Assembly (NCBI GenBank): GCA_041662245.1
Contig: JBAZSW010000003.1
Coordinates: forward strand, 45,798 to 109,797
Direction: 5' to 3'
From: Parcubacteria group bacterium
GTDB lineage: Bacteria > Patescibacteriota > Minisyncoccia > Moranbacterales > UBA9337
DNA length: 64,000 nucleotides
The notes below the pieces were generated by a model, which was not told the origin of the DNA, did not search any database, and saw only the letters and a list, made by a program, of their open reading frames with translations. Positions 37,898 to 48,765 of the stretch are shown piece after piece. Both the position numbers and the translations under genes were made by a program. Each line of letters starts with the position of its first letter. The stretch's first letter is position 1.

Positions 37898-40816
37898 TTA
37901 ATTATATTTTTTTTCTCCAAAAGATATCACTACTCCGGCAGCAAAAATTATTATGAATGTAGTCAACATTATTCTAAACATAAAAATCATTTGCTCTGGT
38001 ATGTTATAAGCTAAACCAGCCAATATCTTAGTAGCTTTTTTTGAGGCAGATTGATCTGCAGAATCAGTTACTTTTATTGTAATAGAATCAGATATTTTTT
38101 CTCCGGAAGTAACCACCTCTGACAATCCCCAATTTTTCAAAGTAGCTCTTTCTGAATCTGATTGCCAATATTCACCTTCGTAAGAAACATTTACCAATGT
38201 TCCGGCTGGATAAGAGGATAAATCTATCATTCCACTATCTTGAGCCACACCATTGACGTAATATTTAACATTCTTCAAGCTGCCACTAATCCAATTTGGA
38301 TAATAAGTGGGATTAATTGTAACAGTTCCGCTCCCACTAAATACTTTTTCTCTACAATTAGAAACCGTTTCATTTGAAGAAATGCTAGTATAAGTGCCCA
38401 AAGATGAACTGGTGTCAGTATCTCCATTTAAATCCTTACATTCTTCTCCTCTATTTAATCTATTGTTAGGACCCAATCCTATCATTGGCTCTACTACTAC
38501 AAAATTTCTAGTAACGGTTAATTTTTCACCTTTATTTCCAGCCACTGTCGAAGCAGGACTAACAGTATCATTGGCTATCACACTAATAACATGGCTATCT
38601 CCAGGGTTTCCCTCTAAGACAAAACTTACGCTATTGCCCTGTTTTGTTTCATCAGCGCCCAATGTTGTAATTTCTTTTCCATCTAATGTCCAAAGATAGT
38701 TATTAACACTACCTGAAGGAAGAGTAACTGTTATTATTTGATTTTTTAACACCTCGCAAGATCCTCCTGTTTGACAAATATCCGTATCCCCAGATTTGAT
38801 AGCAATTCCAGTGGTACTACTTTTATTTGGTTCCACTAATATGTCTCCCCTACCACTTCTTGTAGTACCTGTAGTACCTGTCCCCGTATCAAAAAATTCT
38901 TCACTTTCCACAAAAAATCTTAAAAAATCATAATCACCTATATCATTTAATTGCATTTCAAACTGATCCATGCCCAACCCTTCCAATGTGTTTATATTAT
39001 TCTTTTTTCTAAAATTAGCATCGTCACTCAATATAGTCCAGTCTTCTTTTGCTAAACGAAGATCTTCTCTATTGCCGTTAAATCCATAGATAGACCACTT
39101 ATAATAAATCTGATTATTATCTAAATTCTTATTACTAGTATCGACTGCTACTACTAAATTGTCACCCCCCATCTCTACTCCAGCACCATCTACTCCCAAA
39201 GATCCTACCGTTGGATTTTTTGGGTAATAATCCATAGCTACATCCATATTATCCGCTTGATAACCGTCAGCAGGAGAAACAAAATTAAACTCCAGACAAT
39301 TATCTATATTAACCATAGCAAATGGTATTTTTACATCATAACCTTTTATTGCCTCTGTATAATCATTCTTTTCTTCTATTTTACATTCGCTACCCTCCTT
39401 ATTGAAAACATTGTTAACCAAAGCAAATGTGATAGCGTTAGAGGAATCATCATGTTTAGTCCCCATATAGGATTGACCTTCTACTATTACACCTATTTGA
39501 TCTCCAGGAGCATAAGTCCAAGTTACTTTATCTGTCCCTATTCCTGCCACATTAGCTTCATCGGTGTTACCATTATTTGCCGTACTAGGATCAAGAGGAT
39601 CTGTTCCCCAAAAATTTTCTTCATCAGGACCAAAATCACCATCTCCCGTTGACATCCCCGGCGCAACCGCAAATTGATGTTCGCACTTTTGCTCCACTTT
39701 GGAATTTTCATAACTAGTTGTTTCACAATTAACATCTTTTTCCCCAGGATCACCAAGATCAAAAACACTTATTGCACCTGTTACGATCAAATTGCAATCA
39801 GGATTAATTAGATACATTTGGTCTGCTGCTATACAACGCACCGTTGTTCCTTCTGGGCAAGTAGTTTTTTTTGTTTCTGGATCACAAATTGGTTCATAAC
39901 CTGAATCCGTATTGGCATCAATACTTGCGGTACTAGTTCCATCAAATAATTCATCATGCTCCGGAACAGTTATACTCACACTAGTTGAGGACGACGATCC
40001 ACCACTACCATCATCTGTAGCAGTAGAATCACCGCTCCCCATATCTTGTTCAGGAACATGTATCGCCCCACTCATAATTCCACAACTTAAATTATAGGGA
40101 CTGCTACACATTAATGTTCCCTCGCAACTAAAGGTATCTGAGCTACCATTATCGCTACTACTAGCGGTGGCAATTTCATAATCCTTGCCTGAAATAAAAT
40201 CATGCAAATAGCAATAATCTGTTTCTTGAATATTTACTTTTCCTCCAATATGAGCGTTAAAGCTATCGTCATCCGTACTAGATCCATAATCTGCTTTTTC
40301 TTTTACAAATCCACTGTTGGCTACCGCTCTCATTGCTTCAACTTTCCAATCGTTTGCTTGGACCTGTCCATCACCATCAGAGTCACAAAGCTCAAAATTA
40401 GGATCACTCTGAGGAAGCTCTCTATCGCAACCCTTATGTTTAATATACCAAGTAAAATACATATTTTCCTTTCCTTCTTGAAAATATTTAGGAATGGCGG
40501 TTGCTGTTACTTCCTCTCCAAATTTTGGATTAGTCGGATTAAAAAATATATCCACTTCAGGAGCGGGACTTTTTTGATCAGAAACATTAAAGCTTTCTCC
40601 AAAATTTGTTATGGAGTCTGAATTTAAGTGATATCTTTCTTCCAACTGTTCTAACATTCCATTGGCGTTAATCGTAGAATCTCCATCGCTTCCCAAAATA
40701 CCACCCAAGAGACTATCCAATTCAGCTTGCGTTGGATGTATATTCATTAAAACAATCTCCAAAGAAACCAAGGAAATAAGAAAAATCTTTTTTATAATTT
40801 TTTTTATTTTTTTCAT
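37898..40816 (-). CDS. large (972 aa) Cys/Gly/Ser/Thr/Asp-rich surface protein with N-terminal signal peptide and C-terminal TM anchor
   Basis: Signal peptide MKKIKKIIKKIFLISLVSLEIVLMNIHPTQA. Many Cys pairs. C-terminal TM FRIMLTTFIIIFAAGVVISF. Confidence 0.55.
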   Translation of the reverse strand: MKKIKKIIKKIFLISLVSLEIVLMNIHPTQAELDSLLGGILGSDGDSTINANGMLEQLEERYHLNSDSITNFGESFNVSDQKSPAPEVDIFFNPTNPKFGEEVTATAIPKYFQEGKENMYFTWYIKHKGCDRELPQSDPNFELCDSDGDGQVQANDWKVEAMRAVANSGFVKEKADYGSSTDDDSFNAHIGGKVNIQETDYCYLHDFISGKDYEIATASSSDNGSSDTFSCEGTLMCSSPYNLSCGIMSGAIHVPEQDMGSGDSTATDDGSGGSSSSTSVSITVPEHDELFDGTSTASIDANTDSGYEPICDPETKKTTCPEGTTVRCIAADQMYLINPDCNLIVTGAISVFDLGDPGEKDVNCETTSYENSKVEQKCEHQFAVAPGMSTGDGDFGPDEENFWGTDPLDPSTANNGNTDEANVAGIGTDKVTWTYAPGDQIGVIVEGQSYMGTKHDDSSNAITFALVNNVFNKEGSECKIEEKNDYTEAIKGYDVKIPFAMVNIDNCLEFNFVSPADGYQADNMDVAMDYYPKNPTVGSLGVDGAGVEMGGDNLVVAVDTSNKNLDNNQIYYKWSIYGFNGNREDLRLAKEDWTILSDDANFRKKNNINTLEGLGMDQFEMQLNDIGDYDFLRFFVESEEFFDTGTGTTGTTRSGRGDILVEPNKSSTTGIAIKSGDTDICQTGGSCEVLKNQIITVTLPSGSVNNYLWTLDGKEITTLGADETKQGNSVSFVLEGNPGDSHVISVIANDTVSPASTVAGNKGEKLTVTRNFVVVEPMIGLGPNNRLNRGEECKDLNGDTDTSSSLGTYTSISSNETVSNCREKVFSGSGTVTINPTYYPNWISGSLKNVKYYVNGVAQDSGMIDLSSYPAGTLVNVSYEGEYWQSDSERATLKNWGLSEVVTSGEKISDSITIKVTDSADQSASKKATKILAGLAYNIPEQMIFMFRIMLTTFIIIFAAGVVISFGEKKYN

Positions 40817-40838
40817 TTTTTAGAATTTTAATTCGATA

Positions 40839-41507
40839 TTATTTAGTTAGTTTTAAATAAATAATATCACTAGCAATTAATACTATTATACTAAATAAAT
40901 AAGAATACACCAAAGATTTGCTTTTATAAGCAATCATTCCTGCCAATAAAGCCGTCATCATATAAAAAACATAATCCATTGATAATCTTCCCATCATATC
41001 CAAAAAGATCAAAAATAATAAAAATTGGATAAAAATAGTGTAAACATTGAATCTTTTCCCAAAATAAAACATTACAAATCCCCTGAAAAAAACTTCGTAC
41101 AAAAAAACAAACAAATTGACTATTAAAAATTCATAAACAAAAAGGTATGCGTAACTGTTTACCATATCATACTTACCCAAAAAATAATTTTGAGAGAAAT
41201 TAGTGTAACTGAAAATTATATAAAAAAATCCTCCCATTATCAAAAGACAGACCGGAAAAATAAAAAAACCTTCTTTCCATTTATTAATCTTAAATCCAAA
41301 ATTATTCAAATCTTCTTTTAAAATAACTTTTATGTAGAGAAGGGGAAGCAACAAAAAAACTACCAAGCCCAAAATCACTTGTTGAAAAGAGCCTTTAACA
41401 GTAAAAAAGGCAAACAGTAGCAAACAGATAAGAATTACCGATAATGTTGTTACTGTTTCAATATTAAATATTTCCTCTCTTTTTTTGCTTTTGTAATTTA
41501 TATCCAT
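40839..41507 (-). CDS. CPBP (CAAX protease/Abi)-like polytopic membrane protein, degenerate
   Basis: Six TM helices. YEVFFRG ~ EExxFRG motif 1. His motifs not evident. Confidence 0.35.
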   Translation of the reverse strand: MDINYKSKKREEIFNIETVTTLSVILICLLLFAFFTVKGSFQQVILGLVVFLLLPLLYIKVILKEDLNNFGFKINKWKEGFFIFPVCLLIMGGFFYIIFSYTNFSQNYFLGKYDMVNSYAYLFVYEFLIVNLFVFLYEVFFRGFVMFYFGKRFNVYTIFIQFLLFLIFLDMMGRLSMDYVFYMMTALLAGMIAYKSKSLVYSYLFSIIVLIASDIIYLKLTK

Positions 41508-41565
41508 TTATTTTATATTTTACCCATTTGAAGATATTTTTTTAATCCTAAAATACTTATATTTT

Positions 41566-42183
41566 TTAGTCCTCTCCCGCCTCTTGAACAGCCATTCTTT
41601 TTTCTGATTTTCTATCCACCAGCGACATCCAATAAATTATTCCCACCGTCAACATCTCAAAGGGAAGAAAGTTTAATCCAAATAAAACCCCTTCTACAAT
41701 TGTCCCAGCAATTAAAATTAGAAATTTTTTAGTCAATCTTCTGGCTACTTTCCTTTTTGACATTGTTACCCCATCAAATAGCAAGACAAATCCGATTGCA
41801 ATAGAAATACAAAAAGTTATAACAGTTCCAATAGCAGGTAACGATCCAATAAAAGCTAGATCCAATAAATCTTTCAAAAAAGCTAAGGCCATAGCTAATC
41901 CATAGACAAATACATCCATTATTCGAAATTCTGTTGGTGCCGTCACTAAATCTTTAGCTTTTCTGGCTGCGGCTAACGGTGCAGCAATTTTTGCTAATTT
42001 ACCCGTATATTTTTTCGTTTCTTTTTTCTCATTTTCTTTTCCATACAAACCTTCTCTCCTTCTGAATTTTTCAGACCCATTCATATTATCTCTAATTCCA
42101 TCTGCTTTATTTATTTTATTTTCAACGGTTTCTCTCCTGACTTGATTCAATCTTATTTTATTATTTATTTCTTCCTCTGCCAT
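41566..42183 (-). CDS. hypothetical membrane protein (charged N-terminus, 3-4 C-terminal TM)
   Basis: ORF plus hydrophobicity pattern. First gene of the T4SS-like block. Confidence 0.4.
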   Translation of the reverse strand: MAEEEINNKIRLNQVRRETVENKINKADGIRDNMNGSEKFRRREGLYGKENEKKETKKYTGKLAKIAAPLAAARKAKDLVTAPTEFRIMDVFVYGLAMALAFLKDLLDLAFIGSLPAIGTVITFCISIAIGFVLLFDGVTMSKRKVARRLTKKFLILIAGTIVEGVLFGLNFLPFEMLTVGIIYWMSLVDRKSEKRMAVQEAGED

Positions 42184-42284
42184 AATTTTGTTTTCTTAAT
42201 AATATAAAATCAAAAACAAGATTTCTCATTCATCCTATTATACATCAATAAAAAATCTATCCAAAACCTAACTCTCAATTAAAA

Positions 42285-44090
42285 CTAATTTTCTAATTCT
42301 TTCTTTGCCTCCTCTATTTCCAAAAGTTGTCTTGGATCAGAAGTAATAATCTGATCTTCACTGTAGGAAGCCACTACCTTTATCGCAGCGTGCTTATTGC
42401 CCGCAAAAAATATCCCCTCTCCCACATTGCTTTCCAACAATAAAAACTTTTCTTGATCAGTTAAAAAGAATGTTTCTTGAACTATATCAATAGCCGCCGT
42501 AGATTGCTTTAATAAAAACTGAGTGGAAGCATTGGTTACAATCGGTTTTCCATAACGAGAAGTCATAAAATCATTAACATCCTGAGTAATCGTGGTTAAT
42601 CCTGTATAATATTTTCTACATCTTTTAGCTATTCCAAAAAGAAAAGAAGCGGCATCTTCATGTTGCATCATTATCCAAGCCTCATCCACCACCACCAAAC
42701 GCCTTTTTATTTTTGATCGCATTTGATTCCAAATAAATTGCAACACTACATACATAGCAATTGGACGCAATTCCTCTTCCAGATCACGAATGTTAAAAAC
42801 TACCAACTGTTTATCCGTTTTTATATTAGTATGCTCATTCAAAAATCCAGAGAATATTCCTTCGGTATATCTTTCTAATTTAATTGCCAATGATTTGGCT
42901 CCGTCCATATTTCTTAAAACCTCATAGAGATCTGACATGGTTGGAAATTGATTTAACTCAATTAAAGAAAAATTAGTTTGTTCTGTAATATCTCGCACAG
43001 CATAAGTTTCTCGAATAGCATTATCTAATATAGAATTTTCTTCAGGAGTAAGATTTCCCAACATTATTCTTAAAAGTCCTACCAAATTAGCAATTGAATT
43101 TCTCAAGATATCAGAAGAATCTTCATCTTCTGATGCACTCGGTAAATCAAAAGGATTGAGGTGATATTTGGAATTAAGTGCTATTTTTATAAAACTGCCT
43201 CCTACTGTATCAGATAAATGCTTGTATTCATTTTCTGGATCAATTATTATTACATCCACTCCCATCATCATTGATCGAAGTATCTCCAGCTTAACGGCAT
43301 AACTTTTTCCTGCTCCACTTTTTGCGAAAACCACCATATTAGCATTTTCCATTTCAAATCGATCAAATAAAATCAAACTATTATTATGACGATTGATTCC
43401 ATATAATACTCCCGAGTTGGAAGATAGTTCCGCTGAAACAAATGGAAAAATAGTAGAAAGGGGCGAGGTGTTTAAATTGTTAGCAACGTCCAATCTGTCT
43501 TCATTCAATGGAATAGTAGAAGCTAGTCCATCTTCCATTCTAAAACTGGCTGGCTTGGCATAAACCATTTGCGCTTCCAATATAGCCTCAATACTATGAT
43601 GAACTCTGTTTAAATCCTTGGTGCTTTCTCCAAATATTGTTATATAAATCCCTACTCGAAAAAATCTTTCTGTTCCTTCTTGTAACCTCGTTCGTAATTC
43701 TTCTGTATTTTCCAAAGCAGACTCCAACATAGGATTCCTTACTTTTCCATCTTGAGCTTCTAAATTTATTCGAGACTGAATTTGAGTAGTAGTTTTCAGA
43801 AGTCCTTTCAATACTTTATTGCTATCCATAGGATGGATAAATATTGAAATATTTATTGGATGATCAATATTAATTATAGAAGAAAACCAATTGACGCTTA
43901 AAAACCTAGGAAAAGCCATAACAAAAATGGTTTTCGCAAAAGTTTCCCCAATTTCCAAATAGCTTGGCGCAACTCTAAAAGCCGCGGGTGAGATTAAATC
44001 TTTTATTACCGCCAAACCCTTTCGATACTCGTCCTCCTTGGCGATAACAGGGTCTATCGGTCGATTTCTATTTCTGTTATTTAAAAACAT
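42285..44090 (-). CDS. VirB4/TrbE/CagE-family type IV secretion ATPase (ATPase core)
   Basis: Walker A VFAKSGAGKSYAV, Walker B LVVVDEAWIMM. 601 aa. Confidence 0.75.
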   Translation of the reverse strand: MFLNNRNRNRPIDPVIAKEDEYRKGLAVIKDLISPAAFRVAPSYLEIGETFAKTIFVMAFPRFLSVNWFSSIINIDHPINISIFIHPMDSNKVLKGLLKTTTQIQSRINLEAQDGKVRNPMLESALENTEELRTRLQEGTERFFRVGIYITIFGESTKDLNRVHHSIEAILEAQMVYAKPASFRMEDGLASTIPLNEDRLDVANNLNTSPLSTIFPFVSAELSSNSGVLYGINRHNNSLILFDRFEMENANMVVFAKSGAGKSYAVKLEILRSMMMGVDVIIIDPENEYKHLSDTVGGSFIKIALNSKYHLNPFDLPSASEDEDSSDILRNSIANLVGLLRIMLGNLTPEENSILDNAIRETYAVRDITEQTNFSLIELNQFPTMSDLYEVLRNMDGAKSLAIKLERYTEGIFSGFLNEHTNIKTDKQLVVFNIRDLEEELRPIAMYVVLQFIWNQMRSKIKRRLVVVDEAWIMMQHEDAASFLFGIAKRCRKYYTGLTTITQDVNDFMTSRYGKPIVTNASTQFLLKQSTAAIDIVQETFFLTDQEKFLLLESNVGEGIFFAGNKHAAIKVVASYSEDQIITSDPRQLLEIEEAKKELEN

Positions 44091-44129
44091 ATTTAAATTA
44101 ATTATTTAGTTAACCCAATAATAAATTCC

Positions 44130-44816
44130 TCATTCCAACTCTATTGACTCCAAATCTTTTATAGCAGCAGCCGAATAAATCGATGGATTATAGGATGAAT
44201 ATAATAATTCAATTAATTCTTCGGTATTTAAAACTGTCGATTTAACTCCCAGCGAAGCTAATCCTGAAGAAATTTGATCTACTCTCTGCCATAATTGATT
44301 TTTATAAGTCTCAAAAATTTCTACTGATTCCTCTATTTGTTGTTTTGGATTAAAAAGACTCATTAATTTTTCCAAAAGACCATTCTCTAAATTTTCTACG
44401 GGATAAAATGGCACTACTACATAAAACTGTTTGGTCATTATTTGTGATATTTCCGTTAAATTTTTTATGAAGTTTGAATATTCAGAAATTTGAAGTCGCA
44501 TCAACTCACTGGTTTGTGTTTTTCTTTTCTTCTCTAATAATTCTAGATAAGGTTCTATGTCCAATTTTTTTGAACTAATCATAATCTGCACTGGAAAATC
44601 CAAAGAATTAATAAAATTTTGATAACCTCCAATTATTGCTTCTTGTTCATCTGACGATTTCAAATCAAAATTTATAGAAGAAACTAATAAAATTGCTCTT
44701 AATGATTTATTTTTTAAAACCACTAAATCATTTTTTACTTCTTCTACATTGATATATTTCTGAGTACTCATTGCCGATTTTTGTGATTTTTGATTTTTTG
44801 CGTGCATCAATTCCAT
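44130..44816 (-). CDS. hypothetical protein, possibly a split-off VirB4 N-terminal domain
   Basis: 228 aa directly upstream of the ATPase core, with a 39-nt gap and stops in all frames in between. The sum, 829 aa, matches the usual VirB4 length. Confidence 0.4.
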   Translation of the reverse strand: MELMHAKNQKSQKSAMSTQKYINVEEVKNDLVVLKNKSLRAILLVSSINFDLKSSDEQEAIIGGYQNFINSLDFPVQIMISSKKLDIEPYLELLEKKRKTQTSELMRLQISEYSNFIKNLTEISQIMTKQFYVVVPFYPVENLENGLLEKLMSLFNPKQQIEESVEIFETYKNQLWQRVDQISSGLASLGVKSTVLNTEELIELLYSSYNPSIYSAAAIKDLESIELE

Positions 44817-44927
44817 ATTTTTTATTTTTTTCGCTCGTCATTTCGAGCTTATCCACTAATTATATAATTTATGACACTCCTTTAGGATTTTAACTGTACA
44901 ATTTTAAAAAAATACCCGAATAAAAAG

Positions 44928-45356
44928 TTATTTTTTATTTATCTCATCTAAAATATCTGTTTCACTATCTAATATCTTAGATATGTCATAAATTTCTTTT
45001 TGTTTTGGCAAATTCTTATGCGCCACACTGTGAATCACTTCTTTTTTATATACTTTTTTCTCATCCAATACTTTTCCGTTTCTTTCCCACATATATACCT
45101 TTGGCCTGACAAAAAATAAAAACATTGAACCAATAAATTTACTTAATGGCTGACCATAGGGACGATAAAAAGCTAACCCAAGAAATAACAAGCTTACAGG
45201 AGATGCTGCTAAAAAAAAGTTTAACCTACTTCCTATAAAAATCCACATTAAAAATAAAACTGCTGCCAAACCGAACAGCCACAATAATTGCTTGGCAGTC
45301 AGTGGCCCTACAATTTGGTCTTCTATATCTATAAATTGTGGAACATTATAATGCAT
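44928..45356 (-). CDS. PrgI/VirB3-like small two-TM T4SS protein
   Basis: 142 aa. FIDIEDQIVGPLTAKQLLWL then two TM helices. Positioned upstream of VirB4 as in Gram-positive T4SS. Confidence 0.45.
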   Translation of the reverse strand: MHYNVPQFIDIEDQIVGPLTAKQLLWLFGLAAVLFLMWIFIGSRLNFFLAASPVSLLFLGLAFYRPYGQPLSKFIGSMFLFFVRPKVYMWERNGKVLDEKKVYKKEVIHSVAHKNLPKQKEIYDISKILDSETDILDEINKK

Positions 45357-45483
45357 AATTTTAAATACTCAATGTTCAATGTTTATTCAATATTCAACTC
45401 TCAATATCCCATAAATTAATTTGAATATTAATTTATTTTATTATTAAATGTGTATTGGTTATTGCATATTGGAATATTATTTT

Positions 45484-46611
45484 TTATTCTATTGGCTCTA
45501 TCTTTCCAAAAAAATTTTTAAGTCTTTCGTTTTCTACTTCTTGATTTCCCCTAAAGTTAGGCTTTCCCAAATCATTTTCTTTTTCTACGGGTAGTTGCTG
45601 CGGAGAAGAAAATTTTATATTATCCTGATTATTTTCTCCTAAATTTATACTATCAAAATCTTCCCTTTTCTTATTACCAATCAAAGTTCCGGCATTATTT
45701 TCTTTTACAAAATGCGAACTCTTTAAATCCCAACTGTTTCCCTGCACATGATTTATTACCGTCCCTTTATTTTCTTCATCTTCTCTAACTATTTTTTTTT
45801 CGTAATCTGGCTTTGTTTCTTCTTTTTTTTCTAAAATTGGTCTTGCATATACAGGTGCTTCTGTTTTTTTAATTAAAGCAGGAGCTATTCCTTCAAAAAT
45901 AACCTCTCTCTTGGAAGGATCTACTCGAAATAAAAATCCCTCATCTAATGATTTCAAAACATTGGATAGTCTTTGTCTATCAGCAGTATTTAAATTCTTA
46001 ACATTTTTACTGTGATAAAGATAACTGCTTCTTTTCATCATGTCTCGATTTCCTGCTCCTACAATCGTAAAATAATCTCTTGCCCAATTTCCAACTGTTG
46101 GTTTGACTATCTGACCATCCGATTCAATGGGAAAACTAGTTAATATTTGCATCTTAATCTCTGGATATTTTTCCATCGCTTGAGAAATTGTCATTTTCAC
46201 AGTTTGTGCTACCACTGGCTTAGCCGCATCTCTTTTTATTACTCTTTCTATAATATATCGAGAAATATTTTGCGCATCAGTTAAACTAATATTTGATTCT
46301 TTGCTTATCACACTAGCAAAATCTTCTAATTTCAATTCTCCAAAATAATAACTACGAATTGCTCGAGCAATCGGAGCCATTTGTAGTAGCTCCAGCTTAT
46401 AATGTGCTCCTACATTTTTTATTTTTTCTACTGTTTCATTGGAAGTTAGCTTATCTTTAATATTTTCTGGTAATTTAAGAAATTTTTCTTGTCGTTCTAT
46501 TACTTGTTTATCTGTTTCATCATCTGGACTTAAAGTTGTAAAAACAGCTTGAGGAATAACGCACCGCCTAAGCTGAATTTCTTTATTTAATTCTGAAAAT
46601 TTTATAGTCAT
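45484..46611 (-). CDS. hypothetical soluble protein in the T4SS-like cluster
   Basis: ORF. Start taken at MTIKFSELNK; the ORF track's start at 46650 would overlap the upstream gene by 20 nt. Confidence 0.45.
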   Translation of the reverse strand: MTIKFSELNKEIQLRRCVIPQAVFTTLSPDDETDKQVIERQEKFLKLPENIKDKLTSNETVEKIKNVGAHYKLELLQMAPIARAIRSYYFGELKLEDFASVISKESNISLTDAQNISRYIIERVIKRDAAKPVVAQTVKMTISQAMEKYPEIKMQILTSFPIESDGQIVKPTVGNWARDYFTIVGAGNRDMMKRSSYLYHSKNVKNLNTADRQRLSNVLKSLDEGFLFRVDPSKREVIFEGIAPALIKKTEAPVYARPILEKKEETKPDYEKKIVREDEENKGTVINHVQGNSWDLKSSHFVKENNAGTLIGNKKREDFDSINLGENNQDNIKFSSPQQLPVEKENDLGKPNFRGNQEVENERLKNFFGKIEPIE

Positions 46612-46630
46612 AAGTCTTAAGCATAAAAAA

Positions 46631-48565
46631 CTAAGCCCACATTCCGGCACCTTGTCCTTGCATATATTTGTCTCCTCTCATTTCACTAGTGAGTTTAGCT
46701 CTAGCACTAGGTGAATATCCATTAATGACATCCGTAGCACCACCCACAACACCACTTTTTCCAGGTATTGAAGCTGTCGCTACGATTCTTTCAATGTTCT
46801 GCTCCTTCCAATCATTCGTGTTTAATTTTGCAAATTCTTTTTTGGCTATATCAAAAGCAGCCCCTCCCGTTGCTCCAGTTCTTACTATCTCTTCGTTTAT
46901 TATTAAATCAACATTCTTTTTTCTTACGTTGCTTTCGAATAAATTTTTATAAACATCATTATCCCCAAGAACAGTCAATCCTTCTTGATATTGCTTAAGT
47001 GCTTTATCGGGATCTTTATCAAAACCTTTTGTTTCTGCTCTATGAAGAGCTAATGCCATTTTTTCAGCTTTGCTTCCGCTACTATCTATTCTATTTGTTT
47101 CAGCGTCACTTATTCCACTTCCTTCCTTATACTTCTTTAGATTCTCTTGAACTAGTTTTTCATTAGCACCCTTAACTCCAAGAAAATCTGCAGATTGAGT
47201 TTTTCTTGTAGTTGAAGCTGTTTTATAATTCTCACCCCAGCTATCCCATTTCGCTTTGAGTCCTCCTATGCCTCCAGAAATTCTATGTCCTGTCATTGTA
47301 TCAACACCCTTCCCTGCTAACCCCACTGTTCCCCAAGCTGCTTTTTGTCCATAAGATTTAATATTATTTCCTACTTTTTTTGCCATACCCATCGCCATCT
47401 CAGATCCCATTCCTCCCATTTTTTGAGAAATAGTTAATCCCATCCAAAGAAAAATAACTCCAATAATATGTATCGGTATCTCAGTTCCTGCTACATTAGT
47501 ACTACTACTCAATGTTCCTTTACTAAATAGAACCATCGTTATTAATAAAAAGAATGCCAATACCGGACCCATAAAAGCATACTTCAATAATTTATCCCAC
47601 CAGTCATTTGATATACTACTAGTCCCAGGAAAAAATGCGAACACAAAGCCAAAGGGTGATAATATTACCAAAACGATAAAAGCTATCATTCTTATTAATA
47701 AATTTATTGCCAAAGCCATTATTGTGACAGTGTAAATAAATAAAAGAACGATGCTAACAATTATTTGCCCTGTTGTATTTCCTGATGTAAAAGATGCTTC
47801 ATTATATTGATTTTTTAAAGTATCTCCAAATTTTAAAACTTTACCTATGTAAGCAGAAGAACTGGCGCTACTGCTATTTGGGAAAGCAACTTCCACTAAA
47901 AATCTCATTGCTGAATTAGAAAAATCCACTACGAATACTGCGATGGCATAACTAAAATTGACCAATAGCGCCATCACTACCAACATTATAATTATTTTTT
48001 TAAGATTATATTTTTCTACCTGAAAAATCGTACAAAAAGCAGAAAATAATAACAATAGCATAAAAAACAGATTTAATATGTCCCTTACTGCTGCCCACAG
48101 TTTGTAAACACTTCCTTCTTTAATCAAGTCTCCTAAATAATCTGTATTGAGAGCAAAATCCAGCAATTGTGCTGCTATAATTAATAATTTTGAAATCGCC
48201 CATAACACACTGTAAAGTAACCAATTAAAAACCCACAATGATCCTCCTTTTGCCACCGACGAAACACTAACACCCACAGAATTAAGTGCATTTTTTCCAG
48301 CTAAAAATGTACTTCCACCAGGAACTGCCATTAGCATTGAAGAAGTTTTTAGTCTTGATGCTATATCATCTATCCAATCAGCTTTTGCAGAAATGCCTAT
48401 TTTACTATTTGTGAAATTAATATTTAAAATCATAACTCCCAAAATCAAAAACAAACCTATTTTGCCGAAGGCTTTTTTGGATGGATTTTTTAGTGAGTTT
48501 TTTATCCTATTAAATAAATTATCTACAAACTTAATAGGACTATTCCCATTTTTTTTCATTATCAA
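46631..48565 (-). CDS. VirB6/TrbL-like polytopic membrane protein with long Gly-rich C-terminal extension
   Basis: ~7-8 TM helices in the first 400 aa. 644 aa. Confidence 0.45.
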   Translation of the reverse strand: MIMKKNGNSPIKFVDNLFNRIKNSLKNPSKKAFGKIGLFLILGVMILNINFTNSKIGISAKADWIDDIASRLKTSSMLMAVPGGSTFLAGKNALNSVGVSVSSVAKGGSLWVFNWLLYSVLWAISKLLIIAAQLLDFALNTDYLGDLIKEGSVYKLWAAVRDILNLFFMLLLLFSAFCTIFQVEKYNLKKIIIMLVVMALLVNFSYAIAVFVVDFSNSAMRFLVEVAFPNSSSASSSAYIGKVLKFGDTLKNQYNEASFTSGNTTGQIIVSIVLLFIYTVTIMALAINLLIRMIAFIVLVILSPFGFVFAFFPGTSSISNDWWDKLLKYAFMGPVLAFFLLITMVLFSKGTLSSSTNVAGTEIPIHIIGVIFLWMGLTISQKMGGMGSEMAMGMAKKVGNNIKSYGQKAAWGTVGLAGKGVDTMTGHRISGGIGGLKAKWDSWGENYKTASTTRKTQSADFLGVKGANEKLVQENLKKYKEGSGISDAETNRIDSSGSKAEKMALALHRAETKGFDKDPDKALKQYQEGLTVLGDNDVYKNLFESNVRKKNVDLIINEEIVRTGATGGAAFDIAKKEFAKLNTNDWKEQNIERIVATASIPGKSGVVGGATDVINGYSPSARAKLTSEMRGDKYMQGQGAGMWA

Positions 48566-48765
48566 AAAAATAATTTTTGTATTTATTTGAGCGAAACCGT
48601 TTTCCTTATTTTACCACAAAAACAAAGAAAAAATAACAACACGAAAAGTAATATTTTTCCTGAGTATAATTATAACAGAAATATAAGAATATACAAAATT
48701 TTTATTTTTCATAATTGTACTATTTTTATAACATATAAAAATAAGTCATGAAAATAAAATTTAAA

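Noticed and set aside
46668-46998. Plus-strand ORFs inside the VirB6-like gene (Ser/Pro/Leu-rich)
   Set aside because: Antisense to a Gly/Ala-rich coding tract; compositional artefact
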